A DNA stretch of 64,000 bases. It comes from a virus (lineage: Duplodnaviria > Caudoviricetes). The stretch lies in the IMG/VR virus record IMGVR_UViG_3300048881_000780, one strand, 5' to 3'. The notes under the pieces were generated by a model. That model did not search any database. It was not told the origin of the DNA and saw only the letters and a program-made list of their open reading frames with translations. Positions 41,707-51,249 of this stretch are shown here, piece by piece (within the stretch, counting starts at the first letter, position 1; each line of letters begins with the position of its first letter). The translations under genes and the position numbers were made by a program.

Positions 41707-42225
41707 CTATTTCAGTGCTTTTAACCAGGCGTTTTCATTAGTTATTTCGATATTATTTTTTTCTTCAATGACTATCCCAAATAGATCATAGAATTCCTGA
41801 TCTGTTTGTTCATACCAACGATCTGACACAATATTTACCGTTTGATGAAATTCCTCTTCACTTGGATCTAGGTCTTTAAAATGCAACTCTTCTGGTAAAT
41901 ATTCACTGGCCCATTCAGATAGAGAATACTTATTGTCAATTCCATTGTGACAAAAGAATCCCGATTCCTCTCCGTCATCAGTATAACCAACGATATTTCC
42001 AATATATTCTAATTCCTCATTGATAGCGTTAATTACTCTATGAAAGTTTCTCCATTGGTCCATATCAATATGAGAAATTTCTGCTTTTATATCAAAGATA
42101 AGATCTTTATTTTTAGGTAATGGTGACTCTTTTCTAAACCAATTTGTTATAATCTCTCTTGCTCGATCATACGAATATTGGTCTTTAAATTGGATTTTTC
42201 CATTCCAGTAACTATATCTTGCCAT
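41707..42225 (-). CDS. hypothetical protein (family B) with C-terminal NxW tag
   Basis: Ends NAWLKALK; resembles 43217..43741 and the ORF at 63592. Confidence 0.7.
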   Translation of the reverse strand: MARYSYWNGKIQFKDQYSYDRAREIITNWFRKESPLPKNKDLIFDIKAEISHIDMDQWRNFHRVINAINEELEYIGNIVGYTDDGEESGFFCHNGIDNKYSLSEWASEYLPEELHFKDLDPSEEEFHQTVNIVSDRWYEQTDQEFYDLFGIVIEEKNNIEITNENAWLKALK

Positions 42226-42237
42226 AAATACCTTTAT

Positions 42238-43203
42238 TTAATTAAGAGAGTTCAGCCATGCATTTTCTTTTGATGCTACATACTCCCGATATTTTATATT
42301 TTCATATTCTTTGAAATATAATTTTTTATATCTTTTTTTTACAATTATTTCACTTGGACCATTTTCGCAGAAGGCCTCTAAGTTTCCATTATCAAATGAG
42401 AATCCGTATAAATCTAAACTAATTAAAGAGTTTGTACCTCTTAACATCTGGCGAAAATCCGCAACTCTGTCTGTAATGAAACTTGATAAATTTAAGCTCC
42501 CAAGAGCTCTAGTTTTGCAAAACATACTGTTCATATTGGTAACGCTGGAAGTATCAAATTTTGATAAATCTAAACTCGTTAGAGAGTGGGCATCATGAAA
42601 CATGTAACTCATATCTAAGACATTGGAAGTGTTGAAGCTAGAAAGATCTAAATCAACGAGTGAGTATGTATCACAAAACATGTATCTCATATTGGTGACA
42701 GATGAAGTGTTAAATGATGATAAATCTATTTTTGCAATCGAGTATATATCGCAAAACATATGGCTCATATTTGTAACAGACGACGTATCAAATGACGATA
42801 AATCTATTTTTACAAGTGATTTTGCATTAACGAACATATGACTCATGTCGGTAACATTTTTTGTTACCCCTCCCGCCAATGAGGTTAAGTTGTAACAACT
42901 AGAAAACATCTTATTAAAACTAGTCCAATTACAGTCACCTAAGTCTATGACTTCTAAAATACAAGGTCTTGACTCATTTTTAAAATTTATTGATCCGATA
43001 TCTCCCGTAATTTTTATAGTGTACTCTCCCTCTTTGTCATATAGATGGTTACAATTAAGGGAGCCTTTGTATCCTGTTTGACTGATATTTCCATCTCCCC
43101 ACTCAACAAAGAGGAATTTCTTATCATCACTTGAGTTTTCTATAGAAAAAGAGAAAGACTTTAGTTTATCTATTTTTATTTTAAATATAAATGGTTTTTT
43201 CAT
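42238..43203 (-). CDS. PKD + DUF285-type LRR protein
   Basis: VEWGDG, LGDCNW, repeats; ends NAWLNSLN. Confidence 0.92.
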   Translation of the reverse strand: MKKPFIFKIKIDKLKSFSFSIENSSDDKKFLFVEWGDGNISQTGYKGSLNCNHLYDKEGEYTIKITGDIGSINFKNESRPCILEVIDLGDCNWTSFNKMFSSCYNLTSLAGGVTKNVTDMSHMFVNAKSLVKIDLSSFDTSSVTNMSHMFCDIYSIAKIDLSSFNTSSVTNMRYMFCDTYSLVDLDLSSFNTSNVLDMSYMFHDAHSLTSLDLSKFDTSSVTNMNSMFCKTRALGSLNLSSFITDRVADFRQMLRGTNSLISLDLYGFSFDNGNLEAFCENGPSEIIVKKRYKKLYFKEYENIKYREYVASKENAWLNSLN

Positions 43204-43216
43204 ATTAATTTACTTC

Positions 43217-43741
43217 CTATTTTAGAGACTGAAGCCAAGAGTTAATTTTAGTATCCCTGTTTATTTCAAGGAAGTCTTTTTCATTTAGATTTAACCAGTG
43301 GTCAATAATTTCTTCTTTTATACTTTTAATTTCACTCTCGCTCTTTTTAAAACTCAGATTTAACCCCTTAGTTCTTCCCCATTTTTTAAGGTGACAAGTT
43401 TTGTATTGACCGTTAAAGATTATATTTCCTTGAAAAATATTCATCTCTTTTCTATTGCAAACGCTTTTTATAAAATGACTGTCACTTAGAGTGATTATTT
43501 TTTTCAGCGAGTTTTTAAATTTTTGAATATTTTTAAGAAAGTTTTTATCGCGACTATTTAGTTTTTTAATTTCCATTCCTAAATTAAATATATACTCATT
43601 ATTTAATTCCATTGTATGAATATTACTAACTAAAGATGAATCAAAATTATCCCTGAATATAGATACGGCCATATCTAATTTCTTTTTCGATATAAATCTC
43701 AGAATTCCTGTGTATACATACTTTGAATCTACATTATTCAT
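43217..43741 (-). CDS. hypothetical protein (family B) with C-terminal NxW tag
   Basis: Ends NSWLQSLK. Confidence 0.7.
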   Translation of the reverse strand: MNNVDSKYVYTGILRFISKKKLDMAVSIFRDNFDSSLVSNIHTMELNNEYIFNLGMEIKKLNSRDKNFLKNIQKFKNSLKKIITLSDSHFIKSVCNRKEMNIFQGNIIFNGQYKTCHLKKWGRTKGLNLSFKKSESEIKSIKEEIIDHWLNLNEKDFLEINRDTKINSWLQSLK

Positions 43742-43905
43742 AAATAAATATTAACACATATTGTCAATTAAGTATATCGATATCTATCCATCAGAGTGGT
43801 ACTCGATATATGGATAAAGTGAATTTCCCCCTATCACGGTGAACTAGAGATAGTACTGTATCTCCTGTGGACCAATGAAAGAGAATTTAAATCTGCTTTA
43901 AACAA

Positions 43906-43995
43906 ATAAAAAAGGGACTCTTTCGAATCCCTTTTTACACACACATACACACACATAAGGAGTAGGAGATTTGACCTAGAAGTGGTCGTTCCTAC
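43906..43995 (-). ncRNA. putative GU-seed sRNA copy 2
   Basis: Reverse-complement near-copy of 12879-12966; promoter -35 at 44030-44025. Confidence 0.8.
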
Positions 43996-44224
43996 AAGTT
44001 TATAATATCGGCCCTAACGCAGGCCGTCAACATATAAATCACATATATTTTATTTAATTACTCTATTTTTTAGTGATATTTATCAGTTAAACCTAGTAAC
44101 TTAAGAAGAATTTATTCCCTATAAGTCTTTGAATTTTGGCCGATACATAAGAAATACAAGAAAAACTAAAAAAATACATAATTTAATTATTGACGCAATA
44201 TGTTAACATTGGTACTATAGTATT

Positions 44225-44351
44225 AAGAAATGAGCTGGCCACACACCAGCAATACTCACACTTTCAAAGAATTTAGAAAGAGTTTTTCTTGGCTTAAATA
44301 AGGGCACACTTAGGATTTGTGACCCTGGGATACACACCTGGGGTCACTTTT
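44225..44351 (+). ncRNA. CA-loop structured RNA, copy B
   Basis: TTGACG(44190)-N17-TACTAT; GCTGG-CCACACA-CCAGC; terminal 11-bp stem with ATACACA loop plus TTTT. Confidence 0.6.
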
Positions 44352-44365
44352 AAGATTGGTACAAA

Positions 44366-44524
44366 ATGAAGAATCTAATTATATTTTCCCTAGCGATAAT
44401 TTTAACATTTACGATATTTTACAAAGTATCTTGTCCAGTGGTGGAAATGGTCAAGGGAACAAGTTATGAAAATTTATTCTCCCCTTGCCTTAACTACTGT
44501 AAATTTCTAGATAATTTAAATTAA
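44366..44524 (+). CDS. 52-aa hydrophobic peptide (absent from ORF track)
   Basis: MKNLIIFSLAIILTFTIFYKVSCP...; weak RBS. Confidence 0.4.
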   Translation: MKNLIIFSLAIILTFTIFYKVSCPVVEMVKGTSYENLFSPCLNYCKFLDNLN

Positions 44525-44555
44525 AATACGATAAGCTAATTACAGGAGCTTATTT

Positions 44556-44843
44556 ATGATCAACGTAAAAATAGAACTGCTAGCATTTGATGAAGAAGAG
44601 CGTTTTAGAGAAATCCAGTTCAAAGACGAAAATTTCACTCTTGAGGATATTTTTATCCAAGGCCAGAGTCACGGTGGACCAAATCGAGATTTACCCTCTG
44701 CGAGTGCAGGAGATGTAATTCATTTAAATGGGAAATTGATTCTTATTTCTAAGATAGGTTTTAAAGAGATCGATCAAGAACAGTACGAAAAATATAAAAA
44801 TATTCCAAGAAGAGATAGAACTTTTTATAAGTTTGATAGTTAA
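44556..44843 (+). CDS. hypothetical protein
   Basis: AGGAG RBS. Confidence 0.65.
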   Translation: MINVKIELLAFDEEERFREIQFKDENFTLEDIFIQGQSHGGPNRDLPSASAGDVIHLNGKLILISKIGFKEIDQEQYEKYKNIPRRDRTFYKFDS

Positions 44844-45072
44844 CTTCTTTTATTCTTTAATCGTTCTATATAGGATTTTAACTCATCGATTCTACCATTA
44901 GATATTCTCTCTCTTGTGTTGGAGTTTTCTTTTAATCTCTTGATCAATTCTACAAGTTCTTCTTTCTTTGTCATAAGCTCCTCTACTTTAATTATATACT
45001 CTTTCAAAGTGATACAATCTTCCTCTTGACACGGTACGTTAAAAAATATATAATTTAACTACAGGGGGCATT

Positions 45073-45300
45073 ATGAATTTAAGTCTAAATCAAAAGATCA
45101 GTATCAAGGGTGAACTTGCAAAAAGGGGAATTGTCTCTCTCGCTGCTATGAATACTAAAAAAGAAGCCATTCACTATTGGAATATGGCATATGGAACAAG
45201 TATTCTTAAATTCTTAAATCCTACTAGATATAAGACTCTTCGTTTAGATATCAGAGGTCCTTCTTTTGGGATTGATTATCTTCAAAAAATGGCATCATAA
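45073..45300 (+). CDS. hypothetical protein
   Basis: Behind TTGACA promoter at 45026. Confidence 0.6.
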   Translation: MNLSLNQKISIKGELAKRGIVSLAAMNTKKEAIHYWNMAYGTSILKFLNPTRYKTLRLDIRGPSFGIDYLQKMAS

Positions 45301-45566
45301 TGAAAGATTTAACTGATTACCAAAAGAGAGCTCTAGAAGAGCATAAAGAGTCCCTTACTGAACTTGGGTATACCCATCGAGGTGAAGAGGTTAAGGACGT
45401 CATTTTCGAGGTTCTAGATACCCTTGAGAGAAGATATAAGTTTGATCTCGAGATAAATAACGACTTAGAAGATGAAGTTGAATCAATAATTCATCAATAT
45501 ACTTTAGAGAAGTTAATTGAACTTGAAGAATTCAAGAAAGTGCTCAAATCGAGGACTCTTAAATGA
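45300..45566 (+). CDS. hypothetical protein
   Basis: Coupled ORF. Confidence 0.6.
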   Translation: MKDLTDYQKRALEEHKESLTELGYTHRGEEVKDVIFEVLDTLERRYKFDLEINNDLEDEVESIIHQYTLEKLIELEEFKKVLKSRTLK

Positions 45567-45997
45567 AAACGAGATATCCAAGTATAGATAAAATTTTAAA
45601 AGAAATTAAGAAGCCTACTTTGATCGCAATAAATAAAGATCCCAATATCTCTAACGAAGAAATTTTAGACGATTTCTATGAAGTAGTAAGTGATCCAATG
45701 TGTGAAATTAATGAACTCTGTGATTTAGAGCTTATTATTGAGCGCAAGAACTCTGAGCCTCGTGTTTTAGTTAGGATTGTAGATGAACAACTAGAAATTC
45801 AGCTACTCGATAGTTGCGATCGCTGTGCTGGTACAGGCCAGAGTATGGAGATGGTGTGCTATGGGGATATGCCGATTGAAAAATATGGAGACTGTCCCGA
45901 TTGTGAGTCTACTGGATTTATCTATCCCTACAAAAAAGAGCTAAAACCTAAGGATGAATTACACCCTAATTTATGGATCAGATCTCTACTGTCCTAG
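45563..45997 (+). CDS. protein with DnaJ-type Zn finger and C-terminal NxW tag
   Basis: CDRCAGTG and CPDCESTG; ends NLWIRSLLS. Confidence 0.7.
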   Translation: MKTRYPSIDKILKEIKKPTLIAINKDPNISNEEILDDFYEVVSDPMCEINELCDLELIIERKNSEPRVLVRIVDEQLEIQLLDSCDRCAGTGQSMEMVCYGDMPIEKYGDCPDCESTGFIYPYKKELKPKDELHPNLWIRSLLS

Positions 45998-46046
45998 AAA
46001 TTACAAAAAGCTTGACGCGCTAAAGTACGTAATATAAATCCTAGTA

Positions 46047-46346
46047 ATGGATTATTTAATTAGACGCCTTGATTTTAAAATCAATAATTTACAAGAATAC
46101 AAGAAATTAGATGACTTCTTGAAGACTTTAAACTCTCCCTATGTGGAAGTCCCGATTGAGGAGAATTCTGACTCTCTAGGGATTCAAAAAATTTGCTCAT
46201 ATTGTAAAGTATCAAAGGATGCCACTAAGGAATTCTTCTTTAAAGATAAATCACGAAAAGACTCTCTCTCTTGCATTTGTAAGGACTGTAAAAGAATGGC
46301 CAATAGTGGTCTAAGTGTTGATGAAATAAGGGCCGTAATTGAGTGA
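46047..46346 (+). CDS. Zn-binding hypothetical protein
   Basis: CSYC...CKDC module. Confidence 0.6.
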   Translation: MDYLIRRLDFKINNLQEYKKLDDFLKTLNSPYVEVPIEENSDSLGIQKICSYCKVSKDATKEFFFKDKSRKDSLSCICKDCKRMANSGLSVDEIRAVIE

Positions 46347-46659
46347 ATTACAGTAAGAATCCATTTATTTTAAATTCATCTATAATCTCTTGTCTTAAAT
46401 CACTTTCAGTATCTTGACCTAGTATTTTATGATCTAGAATCTTCTTAATATTTTCTCTCTTAAGAGCAATTTCCTTTTCAACGCTCTTAACTTCTTTCTT
46501 TTGTTCCATGGCCGAAGTGTTTATTGCTAGTAATAGAATAAGAATTTTCATAACAACCTCATATTGCAGTCTTTTTGTGTGTACATATATTTTAACACTA
46601 ACCGTCAACTTTAACAAATTACTCAAACGCCTGATATAATATAAACAGGAGTTTTATTT

Positions 46660-47310
46660 ATGAGTGAACCAAAATCCTTTTTGATGGTCTATGTAGTGGG
46701 ATTAGTAACTGCATTATTAGTTATTCTCATCATTTCTATTTTATTTATCTTTTTCTATAGGGCCATTAGAGATAGGAGAAAGTATACCTGGGAATACGAG
46801 GTGACTCCTTGTGGATGGAACTCTCCTCTATTAATTAAATTTAAGACTAATTTGACCTATCTGGAGTCTCGCTACAAATGGGATATGCACTTATCTAAAT
46901 TATTTAAAAACCAAGCGAAAGAGCAAGAAATAGTGTTAAGAAATCCATACCACAATCTTAACTTGAAAATATTGGAGACACCATTTGAGGTGCTCTCAAT
47001 TAATAATTCAATAGTTGAAAAACCAGACCATTTTGAATGGTATTTAACCTCGGCAAATTTCTTTGGGGCGATGTATTTTGAATTTAACTTACACTTTTCA
47101 AGAAATGATCTCTTAAATCTTGATTATAGTGAAATACTCAAATTGATAAAAAGTGACGTTCCAAATGGCCTTAAAAAGAAACTCCAGGTTAAGGAGTATA
47201 TAGAACTTAAGATAAGAGATCGTATGGGAATTTTACCGATGGTAAAAGTTAGTGAACCTAGGGCCACATATTATCGAGATCGGTTCAAATATTATCGGTT
47301 TCGTAATTAG
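46660..47310 (+). CDS. membrane-anchored hypothetical protein
   Basis: AGGAG RBS, N-terminal TM. Confidence 0.65.
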   Translation: MSEPKSFLMVYVVGLVTALLVILIISILFIFFYRAIRDRRKYTWEYEVTPCGWNSPLLIKFKTNLTYLESRYKWDMHLSKLFKNQAKEQEIVLRNPYHNLNLKILETPFEVLSINNSIVEKPDHFEWYLTSANFFGAMYFEFNLHFSRNDLLNLDYSEILKLIKSDVPNGLKKKLQVKEYIELKIRDRMGILPMVKVSEPRATYYRDRFKYYRFRN

Positions 47311-47753
47311 GACCATTTATCTTTATAAAAGTAGTCCGGAGTAATAGACTTTAGATACTCGAGTGATTCGTCTGAGAATAGTTGGTAGTTTTCGTGATAC
47401 TCTTTTAATTCATATGGAAGCTCTTTAAAAACTTTATAACTATTTATTCTCATCTTTGATAAGTTATCAACTTTAGAGCTTATTACAGAGCCAGGCTCTT
47501 CAATTGTGTAAGAGTAATCACCCTCTTTATTTTCATTATTTAATTCAATTATATAGTATTTATCTTTTATTTCTTCACCACCAAAGTAATACTCCTCTAC
47601 TTTTACTTCGTATTTAGAGGCCCTATAGGCCCTCGCAACTAATTCACCATTAAGTAAGGCATCTTCTCTCTTTGTGTGAATACTTGCAATATATGTATGA
47701 CCAGTCTCTTCGTTTCCCCAACGACAAAGCCTAGCGATATAGAGACTACTCAT
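47307..47753 (-). CDS. hypothetical protein
   Basis: 148-aa ORF. Confidence 0.6.
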   Translation of the reverse strand: MSSLYIARLCRWGNEETGHTYIASIHTKREDALLNGELVARAYRASKYEVKVEEYYFGGEEIKDKYYIIELNNENKEGDYSYTIEEPGSVISSKVDNLSKMRINSYKVFKELPYELKEYHENYQLFSDESLEYLKSITPDYFYKDKWS

Positions 47754-47931
47754 TATAGTTGGACCTTTTATGTTTTACTTTTCTAGAGTATTTTTTCTTA
47801 TCTTTTTCTACTCTAGTTGGCTTTGGTAGTACGCGAGGTTTATACATACTCTTATATAATAGTAAACACTCCAAGCACTTGTTCTTTGGAGAGGATTTTC
47901 CATTATATTTAGGATGTTTCTTGCATTTCAT
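47746..47931 (-). CDS. small basic Cys/His protein
   Basis: CKKHPKY...CLEC. Confidence 0.55.
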   Translation of the reverse strand: MKCKKHPKYNGKSSPKNKCLECLLLYKSMYKPRVLPKPTRVEKDKKKYSRKVKHKRSNYNE

Positions 47932-47944
47932 GATTACATTATAA

Positions 47945-48190
47945 TTATTTAAGGTTATTTATAAAATCCGATATTTTTACATTTGCTTTATTGTTAACAA
48001 AGCTATCAAGAGTTAAGAAATTCGTAATATCACTAGTGTCTAAATCTAGTTTATCGGCAAGAGTTGATTTCGCTAGATTATTATCTTTAAGATATAGGGC
48101 CAATTTCTCTTGTTCTATAAATAGCAACTCATAATTCGCTAGAGAATCCATGAGTCTATTATCTATCACTTTTCCAAGTACACTAGCCAT
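47945..48190 (-). CDS. hypothetical protein, possible HTH
   Basis: KSTLADKLDLDTSDITNFL segment. Confidence 0.5.
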   Translation of the reverse strand: MASVLGKVIDNRLMDSLANYELLFIEQEKLALYLKDNNLAKSTLADKLDLDTSDITNFLTLDSFVNNKANVKISDFINNLK

Positions 48191-48779
48191 TATTCCTCTC
48201 TAGCTCCTTGTATATTTTTGAAACGTATTTAATTTGGTGAGAACAGTCATCTAGTCCCTTGTGGGCAGTTCCTACAAACTTCATAGTTTTCTTTGGATCA
48301 ATATCTAAAATACTTTTACCCAAATCAACCATAGTTCTAACATCTCTATAATGTCTAAAGTGAACAGGACACTTAGCTCCAACAGCTTTATAGGCATTCT
48401 CGATCCAAACACAGTCTGCACTTGAACCATTTCCCCATAAAGTAGCGTGATCAACATCGTGCTCTTTTAAACACTCCTGAAACCAATTATTAAAGCGCTC
48501 TAAGACAAATGGTAGTTCTAATCCCGTTTGAATGGCACTAACGAATACTTCGTTAACTGCATCTCTATCTTGAGTGAGCCACCACTTTACAGTCTCTCCA
48601 GCAACATCAAGACCATGTTTAACGGAAGAGGCAGGATCAACAAGCATTGTAAATCTACTTAAGTTCTTTCCTGTTTTTATATTGAACATAATAGCTGAAA
48701 TTTCAATTAATGCTGGTTTATCAGAGTCTCCATCTAGGCACTCTAAATCTATCATACAGTCTAGTCTATTCATCTCCAT
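48183..48779 (-). CDS. DEDDh 3'-5' exonuclease (DUF5051/RNase AS-like)
   Basis: MIDLECL, TVKWW, LWGNG, RDVRT, HKGLDD motifs. Confidence 0.88.
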   Translation of the reverse strand: MEMNRLDCMIDLECLDGDSDKPALIEISAIMFNIKTGKNLSRFTMLVDPASSVKHGLDVAGETVKWWLTQDRDAVNEVFVSAIQTGLELPFVLERFNNWFQECLKEHDVDHATLWGNGSSADCVWIENAYKAVGAKCPVHFRHYRDVRTMVDLGKSILDIDPKKTMKFVGTAHKGLDDCSHQIKYVSKIYKELERNNG

Positions 48780-49076
48780 CCTCTTGTTTGTAAGCGCAAT
48801 GATCCCATGGGCAGGGTTCAGTGCAATATGGACATTTACTCTCTTCTTTAACTTCTTCTTTGATTTTTTCTTGGTTTTGTTGTGTGTTCATATTGATATT
48901 ATATATCATTTTCTCAATCTTGACAAACCGTGTTAAATACAAGATTACACAACAATGTAAAAATAATGATTTAGGATGAACTGATTGAGAATACACTAGA
49001 TAGTAATATTAGATCTTAGAAAATTTGAAATGGTAGAATATATAGAGATAATGTAAGTTAATTATCTAGTAGAAGG

Positions 49077-49098
49077 ATGTCCTCCACTTGGAGGACAT
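49077..49098 (-). terminator. terminator-like hairpin
   Basis: ATGTCCTCCA-CT-TGGAGGACAT just past stop of 49106..49717. Confidence 0.6.
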
Positions 49099-49105
49099 TG
49101 TATTT

Positions 49106-49717
49106 TTAGGCCACGGCCTTATTATTTGCCATTCGAGCGCAGGCCCTAAGCATCTCACAGTAAATATCAGCAGATAATTCAATATTCTTCTTTACTCCCT
49201 CTGTATCACCAAGAAGCTCGACGGCCTTAAAGGCACTCTCTAAGTGATCTGGGTCCTCTTCTGAGTGAACAATAATGAATTTAGCACATCTCTCTCCATG
49301 AGCATTTCTAACATCTTCTACTAGTTTCTTATCTACGTAGGCCGCGAATCCCTCTAGTGCTAGGGCCCAACCAAATGGTGCAATTCCATCAGATTCTAAA
49401 GCGATTTTTCTTTGAACTTCATATACTTTCTTCGTTTCCATAAGTTCTGGGTAATTCTCTATACTCTCCCCCATTCTCTTGAGATCTCCCATTGCCAGGT
49501 TTTCATGACCCGCTTCTTCATCAGCGTGGGCCAGCCATCTCTTTTTTAATTCTGGAATCTTGGCACATTCACTAAAATGCCTAAGAAGTGATTCCGATTG
49601 AGATGAATAGTAGTAGGTTTGAGCAAGAAACCACTTGTAGACCTCTGGGTTTGTTAAATCTACTTCTCTAACTGTTGCGATCATCTTTTGTACATTCGCT
49701 TCAAGTAATTCTTTCAC
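49106..49717 (-). CDS. heme-oxygenase-like iron-containing redox enzyme
   Basis: HADEEAGHE, ALEG, HSEEDPDH metal-ligand motifs. Confidence 0.8.
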   Translation of the reverse strand: MKELLEANVQKMIATVREVDLTNPEVYKWFLAQTYYYSSQSESLLRHFSECAKIPELKKRWLAHADEEAGHENLAMGDLKRMGESIENYPELMETKKVYEVQRKIALESDGIAPFGWALALEGFAAYVDKKLVEDVRNAHGERCAKFIIVHSEEDPDHLESAFKAVELLGDTEGVKKNIELSADIYCEMLRACARMANNKAVA

Positions 49718-49875
49718 TTTGTCTCCTATTTAAATATATGTTAAATAAATACATTTTATGCCAGCTTGTGTAATTATCAAAATACAGGCACTTATGACTA
49801 TTATCATTATAACATTCGTATATAAAAATTGCTTATTTACTGCAAATTTCATTTAGTTAAAGGTATAGTCGCGCT

Positions 49876-51249
49876 ATGAAGAAAACGGTGTCCAATATTG
49901 TATTTAAATGTCTTTTTAAGTTTATGCATTCTCATGGCGTGGATGAAGAAAAACTATTATTAGGAACTGACCTAGAAAAGAGAGACTTTAATAACTTACT
50001 ATCTCGTCAAACTTGGGATACCTATCTTCGGGTATTAGATAATCTAGAGCCATTCTTAGATGATCAGGCCATTGACGAAATTGGACTATACGGAGTAACT
50101 GGACGAGAGTACCAGAAATTAACAAATATCGTATCTGGAATCTTTTCAACTAAGTTACTATATTGGGCCCAATCGAAATTCATGGGCAATTACTTATTTA
50201 ATAATATTAAGTTCGAGTATAAAAAGGATAGTCGAAATTTAGTTTCCTTAGAAATGAGTGTAGAGGGAGAGCCACCGCCGATGTTCTTTTGGAAAGGATA
50301 CGTATCTGTTTATCGGCATTTTCCAAAAATATTCGACAACACTCTATCTTCTAAAGTGGTTCTAACTAAAGTAGATAGTAATACGGCCAGATTTTTAATC
50401 TCCCCTCCAATTCATCAAAGTATTTTTAAGAGGGTTTTATTAACACTGTCTGCACCCTTTAGAGCGAGCAATACTGTTGAACTTCTATCAGAGTTAGAAC
50501 AAAGTAAGCGAGAAGTTTCCGAGTTAAATATGCTCTTATCAGATAAACTTAATGATAAAAGTATTCAGCTTATGTCCCTATCGCACGACCTTTCAAATCC
50601 TCTTTTTATTATAACGGGACTAAAAAAGAGAATCGATCGAGCAAAGAGTTTAGAAGAAGTTAAAGGTTATATAGAGAGCATAAATTCTCATGCCACTATC
50701 ATGGCACATACGATAAAGCAGACTAGAAGTTTTCTAGAAAAAGAAAATAATGGTTATAAGAAGTGTCCTATTTCAATGAAGAAGCTAATTGATGACTCTA
50801 TTCAGTTAACGCAAGCTAGAGCAGATAAAAAAGAAATTGAGCTGAAGATTAATGTAGTTGACTCTACAATTTTAGGTGACGAGAGTGCTATCTCTTGTTC
50901 GGTTATAACTAATATTATAACTAATGCCATAAAATTTTCTAATACAGGTGGGACTATAGAAATTAATAGTTACCCCAAGTATCATGATGCCATTCTTGAG
51001 GTTATAGATTTTGGTACAGGGATGGATGAAGAAACAAGAAAGAGAATTCAAAATGGGGACAAAGTTATTTCCAAAGAAGGTACTGTAAAGGAGCAGGGTT
51101 CAGGCTTTGGAATGATGATAGCTAAGAATATAATTGAAAAATTTGACGGAACCATGCATATTGAAACTAACGAGAATATCGGAACAAAATTTACAATTGT
51201 ATGGCCACAAGCTATGCAACATCTTTCAAATCTTCACCCTTCGATGTAG
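49876..51249 (+). CDS. cytoplasmic sensor histidine kinase
   Basis: SHDLSNP, TNAIKFS, DFGTGM, GSGFGM; no obvious TM. Confidence 0.9.
   Translation: MKKTVSNIVFKCLFKFMHSHGVDEEKLLLGTDLEKRDFNNLLSRQTWDTYLRVLDNLEPFLDDQAIDEIGLYGVTGREYQKLTNIVSGIFSTKLLYWAQSKFMGNYLFNNIKFEYKKDSRNLVSLEMSVEGEPPPMFFWKGYVSVYRHFPKIFDNTLSSKVVLTKVDSNTARFLISPPIHQSIFKRVLLTLSAPFRASNTVELLSELEQSKREVSELNMLLSDKLNDKSIQLMSLSHDLSNPLFIITGLKKRIDRAKSLEEVKGYIESINSHATIMAHTIKQTRSFLEKENNGYKKCPISMKKLIDDSIQLTQARADKKEIELKINVVDSTILGDESAISCSVITNIITNAIKFSNTGGTIEINSYPKYHDAILEVIDFGTGMDEETRKRIQNGDKVISKEGTVKEQGSGFGMMIAKNIIEKFDGTMHIETNENIGTKFTIVWPQAMQHLSNLHPSM

Noticed and set aside
37252-42841. Antisense ORFs over LRR genes (37252, 39204, 39984, 41253, 42311, 42623) and similar shadow ORFs elsewhere
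   Set aside because: Fully overlapped by well-supported genes on the other strand; expected by-product of repetitive codon usage.
13150-43203. Diversity-generating retroelement driving LRR variation
   Set aside because: No reverse transcriptase and no template/variable repeat pair differing only at adenines was seen.
43790-43880. Possible extra structured RNA downstream of sRNA copy 2
   Set aside because: Only one short hairpin (GAGATA..TATCTC), with no promoter, terminator or second copy found.
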